From positions 24,555 through 88,554 of the forward strand of contig DASYUT010000265.1 of NCBI GenBank assembly GCA_036000965.1: 64,000 nt of DNA, read 5' to 3'. Positions 25,449 to 35,900 of the stretch are shown piece after piece. The notes under the pieces were generated by a model. The model was not told the DNA's origin. It did not search any database and saw nothing but the letters and a program-made list of their open reading frames with translations. Each line of letters starts with the position of its first letter. The first letter of the stretch is position 1. This DNA is from Actinomycetes bacterium (GTDB lineage: Bacteria; Actinomycetota; CALGFH01). Position numbers and translations under genes: made by a program.

Positions 25449-25937
25449 TCAGACCGTCCAGGTGTTGAGCTGGAAGGCCCCGGCCCGCCAGGCGGCCAGC
25501 GCCGAGTCCAGCACGTCGAGCGGGTTGAACGCCTTCACCCCTTCGATCAGGTCGTCCTCCCGGAACCCGTACAGGGCTCCCATGGCGAAGCGGCAGGCGT
25601 AGACGTGGGCGCCCTCCTTGAGGAGGGTCTTGATCTGGTTGTTGATGGCCAGGTTGCCGGGGAAGCCTTCCTTGCCCACCGACGGGTAGCCACGGGTGGC
25701 CGACGCCATCAGGACGCCCGGCCCGTAGAGGACGACGTGGACGTCGAAGCCCTTGCGGACCAGGCGGGTGGCGGTGAGGAGGTTCACCAGGCCGACCGAG
25801 CCCTCGTAGGGAACGGTGTGCATGAACACGAAGGCCTTCTCGCCCGGGTTCGCCTGGATGTCCTCGAACACCTTCTCCTCGGTGTTGTAGAGGTAGGCCC
25901 CCTCCTCGGCCCGTGGCGTGTCGACGGTCTTTGGCAT
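25449..25937 (-). CDS. DsrE/DsrF-like (sulfur-relay fold) family protein
   Basis: 163-aa protein (AFVFMHTVPYEGSVGLVNLLTATRLVRKGFDVHVVLYGPG) with a conserved Cys. GGAGGAG lies 10 nt upstream of the ATG at 25937. Family assignment is tentative. Confidence 0.5.
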   Translation of the reverse strand: MPKTVDTPRAEEGAYLYNTEEKVFEDIQANPGEKAFVFMHTVPYEGSVGLVNLLTATRLVRKGFDVHVVLYGPGVLMASATRGYPSVGKEGFPGNLAINNQIKTLLKEGAHVYACRFAMGALYGFREDDLIEGVKAFNPLDVLDSALAAWRAGAFQLNTWTV

Positions 25938-25975
25938 GGTGTCCGCTCCTCCTGCTCGGGGTCGGGATGCTCTGG

Positions 25976-26263
25976 CTAGGCGGTGGGCTGGCGGCGGACC
26001 GGCCGCCGGGCCACCCCGCCTGAAGCGCGCGAGGCCTGCCAGCGGCGACGATGGCTGCCGGGGAGTACCTGGATGACGGACCGCCGCAGCCCCCATGGAA
26101 GGCGCCGGTAGACGGGTACGAACACGCGCCGCCAGAAGAAGGGGCCCAGACCCGCTTCCTGCACCGGCCCCGGGCGGTCCAGGTACCGCCGGGCCAGGTC
26201 GGCCTGCGCGCGCTCGAGCAGGTAGCGCTCGGCGTTGGCGCGCAGCCACTGCGAGAAGCTCAC
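25976..26263 (-). CDS. Small hypothetical protein (95 aa)
   Basis: The GTG start has AGGAGG 6 nt upstream, overlapping the stop of the upstream oxidoreductase gene. Confidence 0.35.
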   Translation of the reverse strand: MSFSQWLRANAERYLLERAQADLARRYLDRPGPVQEAGLGPFFWRRVFVPVYRRLPWGLRRSVIQVLPGSHRRRWQASRASGGVARRPVRRQPTA

Positions 26264-26266
26264 CCA

Positions 26267-27601
26267 TCACCTCCTGATTGACGCCAGGCCGTTCTGGGCG
26301 GCCAGGGCGATCGGCTCGTTCAGCGCCCCGATGGGCGGCGAGTAGACGTTCTCCATCCAGGCCAGGTCCTCGAGGGTCACCCCGGTCTTGATGGCCATGG
26401 CCAGGAAGTCGGCCCGCTCCTTGATCCCCTCCTGGCCGACCAGCTGGGCGCCGATCAGCCGCAGGCTGCCCGGCGAGGCCAGCAGCTTCACCCGGAGCTT
26501 CTTCACCCCCGGGTAGTAGCGGGCCCGGGAGATGCCCTCGGCCACGCCCATGACGAACGGGATGCCGAGCGCGGTCGCGGTCGTCTCCCCGAACGAGGCG
26601 CCGCCGATCATCCACTTGCCGGCCACCATCCCCCAGGGCACGTAGACCGGCTGGTAGGTCCGGGTCCCACCGGCGGCGCCGGACCCGGCCACCTTGCCCT
26701 GGGCGTACGCGTGGCTGCCGGACAGCCCCTGGATCGGGATGTTGGTGATCCCGTGGGGCAGCTCCACGCAGTCGCCGGCCGCGAACACGCCCTCCACCGA
26801 CGTGGCCATGCGCTCGTCGACCACGACCCCACCGGTGGAGCCGATCTGGACGCCGGCCCGGCGGGCGAGGGTGTTGTTGGGCTGCTTGTGGGTGCACACC
26901 ACCACGACCTCGGCTGGCAGCTCGCCCTCGGAGGTGGCCACCGCGCGCACCCTCCGGTCGCCCACGAACGCCGTCACCCGGGTGTTGAAGTGCGTCTTCG
27001 CGCCGAGCTCGGCCCACGACTCCTCGACCGGCCGCATGATGTCGGGGTCGGCCGCCTCGGCCAGCGGCCACGGACGCGGGTCGACCAGGTGGGTCTCGAT
27101 GCCGCGATGGGCCAGAGCGGTGACCATCTCGAGGCCGAGCGGCGACGCCTCGACCACGACCGCGACCCGCACGTCGTCGAGGACCCGGTCCCATTCCATG
27201 GCCTGGCGGATGTTCTTGACGTAGTACAGGCCCTCGAGGTCCGACCCTGGGACGCCCGGGTCGGCGTAGTCGAAGCCGGTGGCCAGCACCAGGCGATCGA
27301 AGGGGACGTCGCCCTCGCCCTCGACGGCGACCCGTCTCTGCTCGAGGGCGAGGGCGGTCACCCGGGTCTCGTAGTGGATGTCGATGCCGGCCCGCTCGTA
27401 GGCCTCCTTGCCCTGCAGGAACAGGGACTCGAAGTCGGCGATCTCGCGGCCGTGGACGTAGGGGATGCCGCAGGGGCTGTAGGCGGCGTCCTCGTACTCG
27501 GTGTAGACGGTCACCCGCGCATCCGGGTCGACCTGCTTGGCGCTGCCGGCAGCTCCGATGCCCGCGGCGCCACCCCCCACGATGACGATCTGCGGCGCCA
27601 T
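26267..27601 (-). CDS. FAD-dependent pyridine nucleotide-disulfide oxidoreductase, CoA-disulfide reductase / NADH oxidase family (single-Cys type)
   Basis: N-terminal IVIVGGGAAG, redox Cys in YSPCGIPY, a second dinucleotide fold and a C-terminal dimerisation domain. Confidence 0.8.
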   Translation of the reverse strand: MAPQIVIVGGGAAGIGAAGSAKQVDPDARVTVYTEYEDAAYSPCGIPYVHGREIADFESLFLQGKEAYERAGIDIHYETRVTALALEQRRVAVEGEGDVPFDRLVLATGFDYADPGVPGSDLEGLYYVKNIRQAMEWDRVLDDVRVAVVVEASPLGLEMVTALAHRGIETHLVDPRPWPLAEAADPDIMRPVEESWAELGAKTHFNTRVTAFVGDRRVRAVATSEGELPAEVVVVCTHKQPNNTLARRAGVQIGSTGGVVVDERMATSVEGVFAAGDCVELPHGITNIPIQGLSGSHAYAQGKVAGSGAAGGTRTYQPVYVPWGMVAGKWMIGGASFGETTATALGIPFVMGVAEGISRARYYPGVKKLRVKLLASPGSLRLIGAQLVGQEGIKERADFLAMAIKTGVTLEDLAWMENVYSPPIGALNEPIALAAQNGLASIRR

Positions 27602-27625
27602 CCTCGCCCCCAGGGGTCACCATTT

Positions 27626-27690
27626 CGGCAGCTGGTACATTCGACAGTTGGTACATGTGCGACAGTTGGCACACGTGCGACAGCTAATTC
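27626..27690. promoter_or_regulatory. 18-bp tandem repeats (cgacagttggtacatgtg x~3.5) in the divergent promoter between the oxidoreductase operon and the XRE regulator: candidate operator
   Basis: ggcagctggtacattcga, cagttggtacatgtgcga, cagttggcacacgtgcga, cagctaattcacc. Each carries an ACATGT/ACACGT palindromic core. The region is locally AT-richer. Confidence 0.55.
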
Positions 27691-27693
27691 ACC

Positions 27694-28449
27694 ATGATGA
27701 ACGCAGCATCGCCTATACTACTCGGTGCATCCAGAGCGTCAAGGAGCGAGGTAGCCTTGGGTGGAGAAGACGTGCGGGTGAGCGCCGACGGAGCAGCCGC
27801 CTCGCCGAAGCCGGGCCGGGCCCGTGGAGCCGCGCGGGCCGCCGTCAGGGCGCGCAGGTCGGCGTCGGCCGGGCGGGACGACCAGCTCGGCCAGATCATC
27901 GAGTCGATCGGGCCGAAGGTCCGCCATCTCCGCCAGCTCAAGGGCCTGTCGCTCCAGCAGCTCGGCGAGCGGTCCGACATCTCCGCCGCCGCCATCCACA
28001 AGATCGAGCGCAACGGGATGGTCCCGACCATCACGACGCTCATGAAGCTCGCCGTCGCCCTCAACCGGCCCCTGTCGTACTTCGTGGAGGAGGACACGAC
28101 CGCCGACGGCCCGGTGGTCTTCATTCCCGCCGGCGAGCGCAAGCCGGTCTTCACCTCCAAGGCAGGGCTCGAGCTGCGCAGCATCACCGGCCCGTACGGC
28201 CGGTTCTTCATGGCCGGGGCCGCGGCCAGGGTCCAGCCCCTGGCCGACAGCGGCGAGAAGCCGATGGAGCACCCCGGCGAGGAGCTCGTCTTCCTGCTCG
28301 AGGGTGCGCTCGAGCTCGAGGTCGACGGCGAGACCTACCGGCTCTCCGCGGGCGACTCCCTGCACTTTCGCACCGACCGCCCGCACCGCTGGCGCAACCC
28401 GCGGCAGCAGGAGGCCCGCGCCGTCTGGATGGCGCTGCGCCCCATGTAG
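27694..28449 (+). CDS. XRE-family HTH + cupin-domain transcriptional regulator
   Basis: HTH region IGPKVRHLRQLKGLSLQQLGERSDISAAAIHKIERN. C-terminal cupin region GEELVFLLEGALELEVDGETYRLSAGDSLHF. The start is uncertain because the N-terminal 70 aa are low-complexity. Confidence 0.7.
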   Translation: MMNAASPILLGASRASRSEVALGGEDVRVSADGAAASPKPGRARGAARAAVRARRSASAGRDDQLGQIIESIGPKVRHLRQLKGLSLQQLGERSDISAAAIHKIERNGMVPTITTLMKLAVALNRPLSYFVEEDTTADGPVVFIPAGERKPVFTSKAGLELRSITGPYGRFFMAGAAARVQPLADSGEKPMEHPGEELVFLLEGALELEVDGETYRLSAGDSLHFRTDRPHRWRNPRQQEARAVWMALRPM

Positions 28450-28577
28450 CCACGGCGGTGAGACGGCGCCCGCCAGACCATGACCGCCCACTCGTGGCGG
28501 CCCGCCCGGCTCCCTTGTCGCACATGACGCCTGATGCGATGGTAAGCGCGCGATGAGCCACCACCTCGACGTATCGC

Positions 28578-28690
28578 TCAGGGAGCTGATCGAGGCCGAG
28601 GCATGCGACGGGAACGACGCCAAGTCGTCAGGGAGCTGATCGAGGCCGAGGCATGCAACGGGAACGAGGCGCGTCAACGGGAACGAGGCC
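28578..28690. repeat. ~43-bp direct repeat x2 (period 50 bp) upstream of the GT39 gene
   Basis: tcagggagctgatcgaggccgaggcatgcgacgggaacgacgc and tcagggagctgatcgaggccgaggcatgcaacgggaacgaggc, then gcgtcaacgggaacgaggcc. Confidence 0.7.
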
Positions 28691-28719
28691 AGGTCGTCTT
28701 GGAGTTGCCGACCAGGGAA

Positions 28720-30474
28720 ATGACCCCCGAGCATGACAAGGGAACGGCCGGGGGGACGTGGGCTCCCGATCGCATCGCGCTGCGGTCGCCCATCGCGGCG
28801 ACCGCCATCGTCGTCTTCCTGCTCGGCCAGATGGCGGTTGCCATGTCGCTGTCCAGCCGGGGCGACACGGCGACCTATGACGAGCCTGCGGGCCTCGCGG
28901 CCGGTATCGCGTACACGAACCAGCACGACCTGCGGCTGAACTACGAGCATCCGCCCCTGGCCAAGATCCTCGCCGCCCTGCCGGTCGCCCACAGCGGCGT
29001 GAGGCTGCCGTCGACCGCGGAGTTCGGCGCCGGGGACCAGTGGGAGCTCGGGCGGCGGATCCTGTTCGACAACGGCGCCGGCCCCGGCGGGGTGCTATGG
29101 CTCGCGCGCCTGCCCATGATGCTGCTCACGCTCGCCTTCGCGCTGGTGGTGTACGCGTTCGCACGCGACCTGTTTGGCGCGTGGGCGGCGCTGGTCCCGT
29201 TGGCGGTGGTGACACTCGACCCCAACCTGGTGGCCCACGGGCGGCTGGTGACGACCGACGTCCCGGTCGCCGGCTTCCTGCTCCTCACCCTTTGGCTCTT
29301 GGCGAGGGCCTCGCGAGCGCCGTCGCCGTGGGGGCTGCTGGTGGCGGGCGGCGCAGCCTACGGCCTGGCGCTCGCGTCCAAGTACTCGGCGCTGGTGCTC
29401 GCGCCGGTCGTGGTGCTGCTCGCTTTCCTCGTCGGCACCCGCGCATCGCGGCCCTGGCTACGGCGGCTGGCGCGTGGTGCGCTCGCGGCCGCCCTTGTGG
29501 TCGCGGCTGGCCTCGCGATCGTCTGGGGCGTGTACCTGGCCGTGGACCCGGGCCTGCGCTTCTCCGTCGAGCAGCCGCAGGCCCCCGGGGTCCTGGCGTC
29601 CACCGCCCGGCTGCTCCCCGTCCCCAAGCCGTACCGGGCGGGCGTCGAGTTCCAGATCATCGCCGACAAGAGCAGGCGCCCCGCGTTCCTGTTCGGCCGG
29701 CACTACGACGGCGGGCTGCCCGTCTACTACCCCGCGCTCCTCGCAGTCAAGAACCCGCTCGGTACGATCGCGCTCTGGGCGCTCAGCGCACTCGTGGCGC
29801 TACGCTCGCCCCGGCGCCGGGACCTGGTGCTGTTCGTGCTCCTCCCAGCCGCGTGGGTCCTGGGGGTCGGCATGCAGTCGAACACCAACATCGGCTACCG
29901 CCACATCCTGCTCGTCCCGCTGGTCCTCGCGGTCGCGACGGGGACGGTGGCGGCCACCGGACGCAGGGCCTGGACGATGGCCGTGCTCGTGCTCCTGCTC
30001 GCCACAGCCGTGAGCACCTGGCGTGCCCACCCGTTCTACCTGTCCTATGTCAACGAGGTGTTCGGGGGACCGGCGCACGCCCACGCCCTGTTGAGCGACT
30101 CGAACGTCGACTGGGGCCAGGACGCCGCGCGGCTGGGCCGCTACCTGCGGGAGCACCACCTGGACGGCCGGGTCTCGCTGCTCTGGTCCAGCAGCGTCCC
30201 ACCCGCCGAGTACGGCATCCGGGCGCGTGACCTGTGCACGATCCCACCGGGCGAAGTCCGCGGGGTGGTGGTCGCGTCGGTCACGGCGCTGAACAGCATC
30301 TACGGGGCGAAGTTCGACTTCCTCCGGCTCGGCTACCGGCCCGTCGCCGAGGTCGGGCGCTCGATCCTCGTCTACGACGTCGACGGGTCTGGCCCGCCGC
30401 GCGGCGACCTCGCCCCGCCGAGATGCCCCGTCCACGACCTCATGTGGCCGGCCCACCAGGGGCGGCGGCCGTGA
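28720..30474 (+). CDS. GT39 / ArnT-like (GT-C) membrane glycosyltransferase (protein-O-mannosyltransferase-like)
   Basis: About 12 TM segments. N-terminal loop TYDEPAGLAAGIAY...HPPLAKIL fits the Pmt/GT39 DE-motif loop. Large C-terminal periplasmic domain. Start taken at the ATG at 28720. Confidence 0.65.
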   Translation: MTPEHDKGTAGGTWAPDRIALRSPIAATAIVVFLLGQMAVAMSLSSRGDTATYDEPAGLAAGIAYTNQHDLRLNYEHPPLAKILAALPVAHSGVRLPSTAEFGAGDQWELGRRILFDNGAGPGGVLWLARLPMMLLTLAFALVVYAFARDLFGAWAALVPLAVVTLDPNLVAHGRLVTTDVPVAGFLLLTLWLLARASRAPSPWGLLVAGGAAYGLALASKYSALVLAPVVVLLAFLVGTRASRPWLRRLARGALAAALVVAAGLAIVWGVYLAVDPGLRFSVEQPQAPGVLASTARLLPVPKPYRAGVEFQIIADKSRRPAFLFGRHYDGGLPVYYPALLAVKNPLGTIALWALSALVALRSPRRRDLVLFVLLPAAWVLGVGMQSNTNIGYRHILLVPLVLAVATGTVAATGRRAWTMAVLVLLLATAVSTWRAHPFYLSYVNEVFGGPAHAHALLSDSNVDWGQDAARLGRYLREHHLDGRVSLLWSSSVPPAEYGIRARDLCTIPPGEVRGVVVASVTALNSIYGAKFDFLRLGYRPVAEVGRSILVYDVDGSGPPRGDLAPPRCPVHDLMWPAHQGRRP

Positions 30475-32705
30475 CCGCCGCGTCGCCACGGCCCGGCGAC
30501 CCTTCGCGGGTCGGCCCGTACGTCGTGCTCGAACGGCTCGGCCACGGCACGAAGGGCACCGTCTACCTTGGCCAGGCGGAGGACGGTAGGCTCGTCGCCC
30601 TCAGGACGATCCGCCCCGACTGGGCGCGGGACGACGAGTTTCGCGCCTGGTTGCGCCTTGCGGCCCACGCCGCCCGCCAGGTGGGGCGGCTCTGTACCGC
30701 CCCGGTCCTGGAGATCCAGCTCGACGCCGACCCTCCCTACCTTGTCACCGAGTACGTGGACGGCCCCAGCCTGCAGGCCTTCGTCGACGAGAACGGGCCG
30801 CTCGCCACCACGGCCCTCGACGGGCTCGCGGTTGCCACAGCCGCGGCGCTGATGGCGATGCACGCCGCTGACGTGGTGCACCACGACCTCAAGCCTACGA
30901 ACGTGCTGCTCTCCCCGCAGGGTCCCTGGGTTGTCGACGTCGCGATCGCCAAGGCGTTCCAGTCCGCAGTCGCCCTCGGCCGCACCGAGCTGGCCGCCAC
31001 GCCCGGCTTCCTCGCCCCTGAGCAGGTGCTTGGGAGGCAGGTGACGGCCGCCGCCGACGTCTTCGCCTGGGGCGGGGTCATCGCCTTCGCCGCGACGGGA
31101 CGGCCGCCCTTCGGCTCAGGCCCGCTGGGGGACGTGTCGCACCGGGTCGTCCACGAGGAGCCCCGGCTCGACAGCATGCCCGGCCCCCTGCGCGAGCTGG
31201 TCGCGGCCGCGATGCGGAAGGAGCCGAAGGCCCGCCCGGTGGCCCGGGACCTGTTCGAAGCCCTGACCGGCGGTACCGCCGCTGGCGACCCGCGCGCGGT
31301 CGTCCGGCAGGTGCTGGAGCACACCTGGAGCGAGGTCGGTCGCAGTGCCGCCGCGACGGCCAGCCCGAGCGCGGCACCGCAGCGGCCGGCTCCGCGCACG
31401 CCTGTCGGCCCCCCGCCCGCACCCGCCGCGGCCGACCCCGTGCACGCGCCCGCCGCACCCGCGTCCGCCGCGGCCGACCCCGCGCACGCGCCCGCCGCAC
31501 CCGCGTCCTCCGCGGCCAGCCCCGCGCGCGCACCCGCAGCGCCCGCGGCCAGCGCGGCCGACCCCGCGCGCGCACCCGCAGCGGCCGGGTCCGCGCCCGC
31601 GGCCGGCGACGCGGCGAACCAGGCGACCCCCCCGGCTGCGACTGCCGCCCCGGCCGGCGCGGACCGGGAGCGGGGCGCGGACCGGGAGCGGGTGGAGTGG
31701 ACCCAGCCACAATGGACGCCGCGCCTGGGGCGAAGACACCGTGGGTGGCCGCGGAGGCTGCTCGCGTTCGTCGCCGGCCTCGCGGTGGTCCTGGCGGCGC
31801 TCGTCGTCCCGGGCTGGCGAGACATCGTGGGCAGGGTGACGGCACCCCGGTGGCACCGGCTCGCCGACTTGCCCATCCCCGTGGCGGCCGCCGGGGTCAC
31901 CGCCTTCCAGGGGCGGCTGTGGGTCGCCGGCGGCATCACCACGCGCGACAACCAGCCGCAACCGGTACGTGACGTGCAGGTGTACGACCCGAAGGCCAGG
32001 CGCTGGAGCGCCGGCCCCAGCCTGCCGCGGCCGACGAGCTTCGCCCCGCTCGTGTCCACCGGGACGGCGCTGCTCCTGGTCGGTGGCCTGGTGTCGGACG
32101 GCTCCACCGCGACAGTCCTCCGCCTCGACGCGGCTGGCGGCAGGTGGGTCGAGGACACGCCGTTGCCCTCGCCGCGAGGCGCTGGCGCCGCTGCCTGGGA
32201 CGGGTCCCAGCTCGTGTTCGGGGGCGGCGTGCGGCGTGACCACAAGGCCGCTGACGACGTGTGGGCCATGAGGGAAGGGACCTGGAGGCCGATCGGCAGG
32301 CTGCAACGGCCTCGCGAGCAGCTCGCTGCCGGCACAGACGGCCGCGGCAACGTCTGGTTCCTGGCTGGCCGCGACCCCAGCCTTGCCGGCCACCAGAACC
32401 TTGGCACGGTCGACGTCGTGAAGAGCGGCCGCGTGCACCCGGCCCCGCAGCAGGTGACCCCCGTGCATGGCCCGAGCGCCGTGTGGTGGCCGGGCACGGG
32501 CGTCTGCCTTCTCGGTGGACAGCTCGCGAGCGGGTACTCCGGGCGGGTGGAATGCCTCGGCCGGCAGGATCGCGAAGGGCAGCTGCCGCCGTTGCCGGCG
32601 CCCCGGGCTGGGCTCGGCGCCGCCGTGATCGGCGACGTGGTCTACGTGGTCGGGGGCTACGGACTCGGCTTCTGGGGCAGCCCGCGGACCGAGTCGTTCC
32701 GGTGA
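30471..32705 (+). CDS. Ser/Thr kinase-like (probable pseudokinase: VALR, HHD, DVA variants) with Pro/Ala-rich repeat linker, TM segment and C-terminal Kelch/beta-propeller domain
   Basis: Kinase fold LERLGHGTKGTVY, HHDLKPTNVLL and GFLAPEQ. The beta3 Lys is replaced by Arg and DFG reads DVA. Kelch-like repeats from ~aa 520. The GTG at 30471 overlaps the upstream TGA. Confidence 0.7.
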   Translation: MTAASPRPGDPSRVGPYVVLERLGHGTKGTVYLGQAEDGRLVALRTIRPDWARDDEFRAWLRLAAHAARQVGRLCTAPVLEIQLDADPPYLVTEYVDGPSLQAFVDENGPLATTALDGLAVATAAALMAMHAADVVHHDLKPTNVLLSPQGPWVVDVAIAKAFQSAVALGRTELAATPGFLAPEQVLGRQVTAAADVFAWGGVIAFAATGRPPFGSGPLGDVSHRVVHEEPRLDSMPGPLRELVAAAMRKEPKARPVARDLFEALTGGTAAGDPRAVVRQVLEHTWSEVGRSAAATASPSAAPQRPAPRTPVGPPPAPAAADPVHAPAAPASAAADPAHAPAAPASSAASPARAPAAPAASAADPARAPAAAGSAPAAGDAANQATPPAATAAPAGADRERGADRERVEWTQPQWTPRLGRRHRGWPRRLLAFVAGLAVVLAALVVPGWRDIVGRVTAPRWHRLADLPIPVAAAGVTAFQGRLWVAGGITTRDNQPQPVRDVQVYDPKARRWSAGPSLPRPTSFAPLVSTGTALLLVGGLVSDGSTATVLRLDAAGGRWVEDTPLPSPRGAGAAAWDGSQLVFGGGVRRDHKAADDVWAMREGTWRPIGRLQRPREQLAAGTDGRGNVWFLAGRDPSLAGHQNLGTVDVVKSGRVHPAPQQVTPVHGPSAVWWPGTGVCLLGGQLASGYSGRVECLGRQDREGQLPPLPAPRAGLGAAVIGDVVYVVGGYGLGFWGSPRTESFR
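31431..31598 (+). repeat. 42-bp in-frame tandem repeat x4 encoding (ADPxHAPAAPASxA)n in the kinase linker
   Basis: gccgaccccgtgcacgcgcccgccgcacccgcgtccgccgcg and three near copies. Confidence 0.7.
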
Positions 32706-32774
32706 CCGCCCACCGGGAGGTCCTGATGGGCATTGACACCCCCGTCAGCTCACCGTCAACAGCGGCGATACCAT

Positions 32775-32926
32775 CGGCGTGAGGACGGAAAGCCCGCGGC
32801 GTGAGGAACGGAGAGCCCGTCGAGATCCGGGTCCCGGCGGTGGTGGCGCACTGGCCTCACGAGCGCAACGACCGGGGGTGGCGGACTGGCCTCACGAGAG
32901 CAACGACCGGGTGGTGGCGCACTGAC
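32775..32926. repeat. Two sets of direct repeats (22-bp x2; ~37-bp x2.4) upstream of the beta-PGM/GH65 gene
   Basis: ggcgtgaggacggaaagcccgc / ggcgtgaggaacggagagcccg, then ggtggtggcgcactggcctcacgagcgcaacgaccggg / ggtggcggactggcctcacgagagcaacgaccggg / tggtggcgcactgacc. Confidence 0.65.
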
Positions 32927-32948
32927 CCCCTACGGGAGGAACGACCAG

Positions 32949-35900
32949 GTGGTGACGGTCATGGCGTACCAAGGTGCGATCTTCGACGTGGACGGCGTCC
33001 TGGTCGACTCGCCACACGAGCTGGCCTGGCGCGAGGCGCTCAGGCAGCTGATGGACGGCGACTGGCGCGACATCCGCGACCAGACGGCCTACACCCCTGA
33101 ACGCTTCACCCCCACGGTGTACCAGCAGGTGATGGCCGGCATGCCCCGGATGGCCGGCGCCCGCGCCGCCCTGGAGTACTTCGGGGTGCCCGACGTCGAC
33201 CGCCGGGCCGAGCAGTACGCGGCCGGCAAGCAGGAGCGCGTGGTCGAGCTGATCGAGGCAGGCGAGTTCGTGGCGTTCGCCGACGCGCTCCGGTTCATCC
33301 TGGCCGTCAAGGACCTCGGAATCGCGACCGCAGCCGCGTCGTCGTCCAAGAACGCCAACCTGTTCCTGCAAAGGATCCGCCTGGACACCTTCGCCGCCGA
33401 GCAGCGGCTGGACTACCAGTTCATCCGGCCCGGGCTCACCCTGCTCGACCTGTTCGACGCCGACATCTCCGGACGCGACTTCCCGCGCGGCAAGCCGGAC
33501 CCGACGATCTTCTTGACCGCGGCCGAGGAGCTGGGCGTCCGCCCGAGCACCTGTTTCGTGGTCGAGGATGCATCCAGCGGGATCCAGGCGGCCAAGGCGG
33601 CCACGATGGCGGCCCTCGGCGTGGCCCGCCTCGGCGACGAGGAGCTGCTGGCCAAGGCCGGCGCGGACCTGGTCGTGACCACGCTCGACGACGTCTCCCT
33701 GGACGCCCTGGCCGAAGGCCGGCTCGAGGAGCGGCGGGCGGCCGGGGAGCGCCGGCGGCGGCATACCGAGCGGCCGCCGAGCGTCTGGTCCCTCGTCTAC
33801 GACGGCTTCGACCCGGAGTGTCAGGGGCTGCGCGAGACGCTGTGCGCCCTGGGCAACGGATTCTTCGTGACCCGCGGCGCCCTGCCCGAGGCCCAAGCGG
33901 ACGGGGTCAACTATCCGGGCACCTACGTGGCCGGCCTGTACAACCGGCTCAAGACCAAGATCGCCGGCCGCACGGTCGAGAACGAGGACCTCGTCAACGT
34001 CCCGAACTGGCTGCCTCTCAGGTTCCGGGCCGCCGACGGGCCGTGGTTCGACGTCCGCAGCGCCGACGTCCTGGACCACAGCCTCGAGCTCGACCTGCGC
34101 GAGGGGACGCTCACCAGGCACCTGCGCTGGCAGGACCCGGATGGCCGCCGCACGGGCATGGTGCAGCGCCGGCTCGTCAGCATGAAGGACGAGCACCTGG
34201 CCGGCCTGGAGACCACCTTCACGGCCGAGAACTGGTCGGGGACGCTGGAGGTCCTCTCGGGACTGGACGGCCGGGTCGTGAACGCCGGGGTGAAGCGCTA
34301 CCGCGACCTGAACGGCCGCCACCTGGACGTGCTCCACGCGGGCGAGGTGGACCCCGACACGGTCGAGCTGCAGGTGGAGACCAACCAGTCCCACATCCGG
34401 GTGGCGCTCACGGCCCGCACCAGGCTCCTGCTGGACGGCCGGCGCGCAGCCGACCGGCGCCTGGTCGCCGAGCCCGGGTTCGTCGGCCACGCGCTCACGC
34501 TCAACCTGGAGCAGGGCCGGCCAGCCACGGTCGAGAAGGTGGTCGCCCTCTACACCTCCCGAGACCGCGCGATCTCCGAGAGCCTGCTGGACGCGCGCGA
34601 GGCGGCGCGGCGCGCGCCCGACTTCGACGAGCTCCTGGCCCGGCACAGGGGTGCCTGGAGCCTCCTGTGGAACCGCTTCGACCTCCAGCTGGACAGCGCC
34701 AACGAGTGGATCGAGACGGTCCTGCACCTCCACATCTTCCACCTGCTGCAGACCGTGTCGCCGTACGCGACCCACCTCGACGTCGGCGTCCCGGCGCGTG
34801 GCTGGCACGGGGAGGCGTACCGGGGCCACATCTTCTGGGACGAGCTGTTCATCTTCCCGTTCCTGAACTTCCAGCGACCGATCCTGGCGGGCGCGCTGCT
34901 CAACTACCGCCACGCCCGCATCGGTGCGGCCCGCGCGGCGGCCCGGGAGGCCGGGTACCGTGGGGCGATGTTCCCGTGGCAGAGCGGCAGCAACGGGCGC
35001 GAGGAGACCCAGGAGCTGCACCTGAACCCGCGCTCCGGTCGCTGGCTGCCCGACCACTCCCACCTGCAGCGCCACGTCAACATCGCGATCGCGTACAACG
35101 TCTGGCAGCACTTCATGGTGACCGGGAGCATCCAGTTCCTCCGCTTCACCGGCGCCGAGCTGCTGCTCGAGATCGCGCGGTTCTGGTCCAGCATCGCCAC
35201 CTACGACCCGGAGCTGGACCGCTACGAGATCCTCGGCGTGATGGGACCGGACGAGTACCACGACGCCTACCCTGACAGCGACCGGCCCGGCGTGAGCAAC
35301 AACACCTACACCAACGTCGGGGCGGTCTGGGTGCTGCTCCGGGCCCTTGAGACCCTCGAGGTGCTGCCGCCGCACTACCGGCAGGAGGTGACCGAGGAGC
35401 TGCGGCTCGGTGAGGACGAGCTCGACCGCTGGCGCGCCATCACCCGCAAGATGCGGGTCGTCTTCCACGCCGACGGCGTGCTCAGCCAGTTCGAGGGCTA
35501 CGAGCAGCTGCAGGAGTTCGACTGGGAGGGCTACCGGGCCAAGTACGGCGACATCCAGCGGCTCGACCGGGTGCTCGAGGCCGAAGGCGACAGCCCCAAC
35601 CGGTACAAGGTCTCCAAGCAGGCCGACGTCCTGATGCTGCTGTACCTGCTGTCCCGCGACGAGCTGCGGGAGCTGCTGCGCAACCTCGGCTACGAGGTGA
35701 CGCAGGACCAGCTCGCCCGGACCGTCACCTATTATCTCGAGCGCACCTCGCACGGGTCCACGCTCAGCGGCGTGGTGCACGCCTGGGTGCTCGCGCGCAT
35801 GGACCCGGAGCAGGCGTGGCAGTTCCTGCTCCGGGCGCTGGAGAGCGACATCGCCGACGTCCAGGGCGGGACCACCGCCGAGGGCATCCACTTGGGGGCG

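Noticed and set aside
25449-27674. 741-aa minus-strand ORF
   Set aside because: It is a composite. Only 25449-25937 (DsrE-like) is supported. The CoADR-family gene is in a different frame at 26267-27601.
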